Made by a program: the position numbers and the translations under genes
Assembly: GCA_963760795.1 (NCBI GenBank)
Contig: CAVXEP010000012.1
Coordinates: 288,001-352,000 of the forward strand
Origin: an uncultured delta proteobacterium
GTDB taxonomy: Bacteria; Desulfobacterota; Binatia; UBA9968
Direction of reading: 5' to 3'
Length of the DNA: 64,000 nucleotides
Notes under the pieces: generated by a model
The model's database searches: none
Seen by the model: the letters and a program-made list of their open reading frames with translations, nothing else
Told to the model about the DNA's origin: nothing
Shown here: piece after piece, positions 61,841 through 64,000 of the stretch
Numbering within the stretch: the stretch's first letter is position 1
How the letters are laid out: every line of letters begins with the position of its first letter

Positions 61841-62485
61841 CTATGCTCCCCCAACGCCGGTCGCGTCGGTGCGCGCCGGCATTTCGCCTTCGGCCCATTC
61901 AACCCGTTGCCAGACCTCGCTCGGATGGAAGGTGACCATGATCGCGGCAAACAGAAAGATCAGCGCCCCGACCGCATAGATGCCGATGCCGGGCTCCACC
62001 GTCGCCACCTCGGCAATTTTGATCAGCGCGACCAGGATACCGAGCATCATCACCTCGCTCATCGACCAAGGCTGCATGGACTCCGCCCAGCGCAGCAACT
62101 CTCCGACCCAGTGCGGCGCCGGCGGCCGCCGCACAGCGATTAATACCGTCAGCATGAACAGGATGTAGCTTGCCGGAGCGATCACCGCGCAGAAAGCAAC
62201 GACCATGGCGGTCACATCCTGCCCTTGGAGCCACATCTCGTAGGCGCCGCCGATGATCGTCGTGCTCGCCTGGCGCCCGACGGCCGAGAGCCCCATCAGC
62301 GGTGACGTATTGGCGACGATTAATACGATGGCAGCCGTGAGCGTAAGCGCCAGCGTGCGGTCGATCGAATCGGTTGGCGCCGAGGCGAGAGTGTGACCAC
62401 AGCGCGGGCATCGCGCCTTACCGCCGGGCGGCAGTGGCGGCAACCGCTGTAGCAGATCGCAATCGGGGCAGGCGACGGTTTCCAT
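61841..62485 (-). CDS. pqiA: PqiA family protein (N-terminal-half type)
   Basis: CPDCDLL...CPRCG, PWSMSEVMMLGILVALIK. Confidence 0.92.
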   Translation of the reverse strand: METVACPDCDLLQRLPPLPPGGKARCPRCGHTLASAPTDSIDRTLALTLTAAIVLIVANTSPLMGLSAVGRQASTTIIGGAYEMWLQGQDVTAMVVAFCAVIAPASYILFMLTVLIAVRRPPAPHWVGELLRWAESMQPWSMSEVMMLGILVALIKIAEVATVEPGIGIYAVGALIFLFAAIMVTFHPSEVWQRVEWAEGEMPARTDATGVGGA

Positions 62486-62623
62486 AAACGGTTAGCGTGA
62501 GCGTTGAATAAAAGTAAAAGGTTGAAGAAACGTTACCAGGGCTTTCTACCTCAAACCTGAGCGTTAAAATCCCGAGAAGACATGACTCCCCTTCCAATTA
62601 GCAAATAGCCGGAAGCCTGTATG

Positions 62624-62639
62624 TTAGACCTTGGTCCAA
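62624..62639. promoter_or_regulatory. Operator TTAGAC-CTTG-GTCCAA upstream of pqiA
   Basis: One mismatch from a perfect palindrome; ~140 bp before the start. Confidence 0.72.
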
Positions 62640-62959
62640 TACCAAAGAGACGCAAAACTTCTGGGAGAAAAACCGAAATTAGAATAAACCAATTCGACCA
62701 ACCCCCAACACAGCTGACTCACCCTCCTAGCCCGTAAGAAGCCCCGCGGACCGAAAAGAGACGAGGGTCGAGGGTCGGCTGTCGAGGAGAAGTCACGCGC
62801 GACTTTTTCACAGGAGGCAACGGCGGAAACGAGCTTCCCCCAAAAATATTTCATCTCTGTCATCTCCGCTACCTCTGGTAAAAAAGTTTTAATAGCGAAA
62901 TCCGGAAACCGCTGGGCTTCCCAGCCCCGACCACAGAAAACCAATAACAGCGCGCGGTC

Positions 62960-63260
62960 AGCGGTCCGTGAACGTAATCAGCGCCGCCGGGCCGCTGCCG
63001 ATGACTTGTTCGGGCGGGATGCCATATCCCGCTCGGAACAGATGCGCATAAAATAACGCCGCCGCCAGAGGCGATGAAGGTCTTGAAGCCGTTGGCGCAC
63101 ATGCGGCACGAGCTCCTTCGCGCCTTTCGCACTGTCGCGCTTCGCGAAATCCACGATGGACTGCTTGGCCTTGGCGTCGTTCCAGGAGATCAGCGGATCG
63201 CTCTGGGCATGCCCCTCGGCGCACCAGCAAGAATAAATGCAGCGGCCACCATTCTGTTAA
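62960..63260 (-). pseudogene. HAD-family hydrolase remnant with internal deletion
   Basis: AQSDPLISWNDAKAKQSIVDF joined directly to ELVPHVR/NGFKTFIASGGG/YGIPPEQVIGS; the DxDGT motif region is missing. Confidence 0.7.
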
Positions 63261-63376
63261 ATCGGTCTCTGCAAACAGCAGGCAACAGAGGCAACAAAGG
63301 TTTTTTACCATCTCCGTTATCTCCGTTGCCTCCGGTAAAAAATCAGTAAGGGATCGACACTTCTCCCTCGGCACAT

Positions 63377-64000
63377 TTAGAAAACCATCTGCATCCGCAG
63401 ACCGAGGATGGTTGCCGGGCCGATGCTCTTTTTACTGATGATCGCGGGCAGCGGGCTAAGGGCGAATTTGTTCTTCTGCGCGCCTCTGACAACCTGGATA
63501 TCCGGCGTCACCATGAGCCACGGCGTTAGGCGATATTGTAGAACGCTTCAAACCCATACTCGTCGCGCAACAGCTTGGTGCTCTGAAACAAACCCTGAAG
63601 TTTCGGATTGTTGACATCGATGTAGTAAAAACCCAAGCCGTAGCGATCATTGTGGCGGTTGGGAATCACGCCCTTGCCACCGATGCCAATGCTGTAAAAG
63701 AAATGCATGAAGTTGGGATTGCCGTCCGAAGCGCCGAAACGTCCGAACACCCCGATACCCTCACCGGAACCTTTTTTCGGCTCGTAGAGATACTGGTCGA
63801 AGTTGTAGTAGACGTTCCATGAGCCCTTCTTGCCTTCGAGTCCGCCGTTTTCAAAGATGAAGCGCGCGTTCTGATCGATGGAAGTGAATTTCTTGTTGGA
63901 AAAACTCGCGCCGAAAAGCTGATGGCCGGTGCGGCCGAAAAAACCCGTCGTTACGCGCCCCTCACCGGCGACTGTTAAATTATTCCCATCCAAGTCATCG
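63377..64000 (-). CDS. Carbohydrate porin (OprB family), C-terminal part, frameshift near 63528
   Basis: YYNFDQYL, GIGVFGRFG, RHNDRYGLG, EAFYNIA/TPWLMVTPDIQ...GLRMQMVF*. Confidence 0.85.

Overview
A GC-rich bacterial region in which every intact gene lies on the minus strand; only a transposase fragment and one small ferredoxin remnant are on +. It reads as a large low-oxygen/acid-stress metabolic island. From the window start it holds: a DAACS symporter 5' end; heavily frameshifted glgX/glgP; a cation/polyphosphate block (NhaP, SulP, PPK2, CHAD, K+ channel, Ca2+/H+ exchanger); USP and SYLF proteins; a Wolinella-type fumarate reductase operon with fumC between frdA and frdB plus a DASS antiporter; nrfHA with a CxxCH active-site NrfA; an RND efflux triad and OprD porin; an amino-acid decarboxylase block (Orn/Lys/Arg decarboxylase, aspT-aspD-aspT, TRIC); DUF3300/DUF2950, AI-2E, MscS, SulP, an orphan amino-acid SBP, pqiAABC and a carbohydrate porin 3' end. 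The most striking unannotated signal is a 16-bp palindrome TTRGAC-YTTR-GTCCAA, repeated in at least six operon leaders. Its core resembles the DosR/DevR box, suggesting an uncharacterised regulon whose regulator is outside the window. Intergenic gaps hold many deletion scars (aspA::dcu, frdC::SLC13, aspT, HAD, DUF1134-like, HybA-like), a two-copy MITE sitting on stop codons, and several REP-like short-repeat families. Many single-base frameshifts, and the garbled first 5 kb, look like long-read errors. All family calls are from motif recognition by eye; no searches were run.
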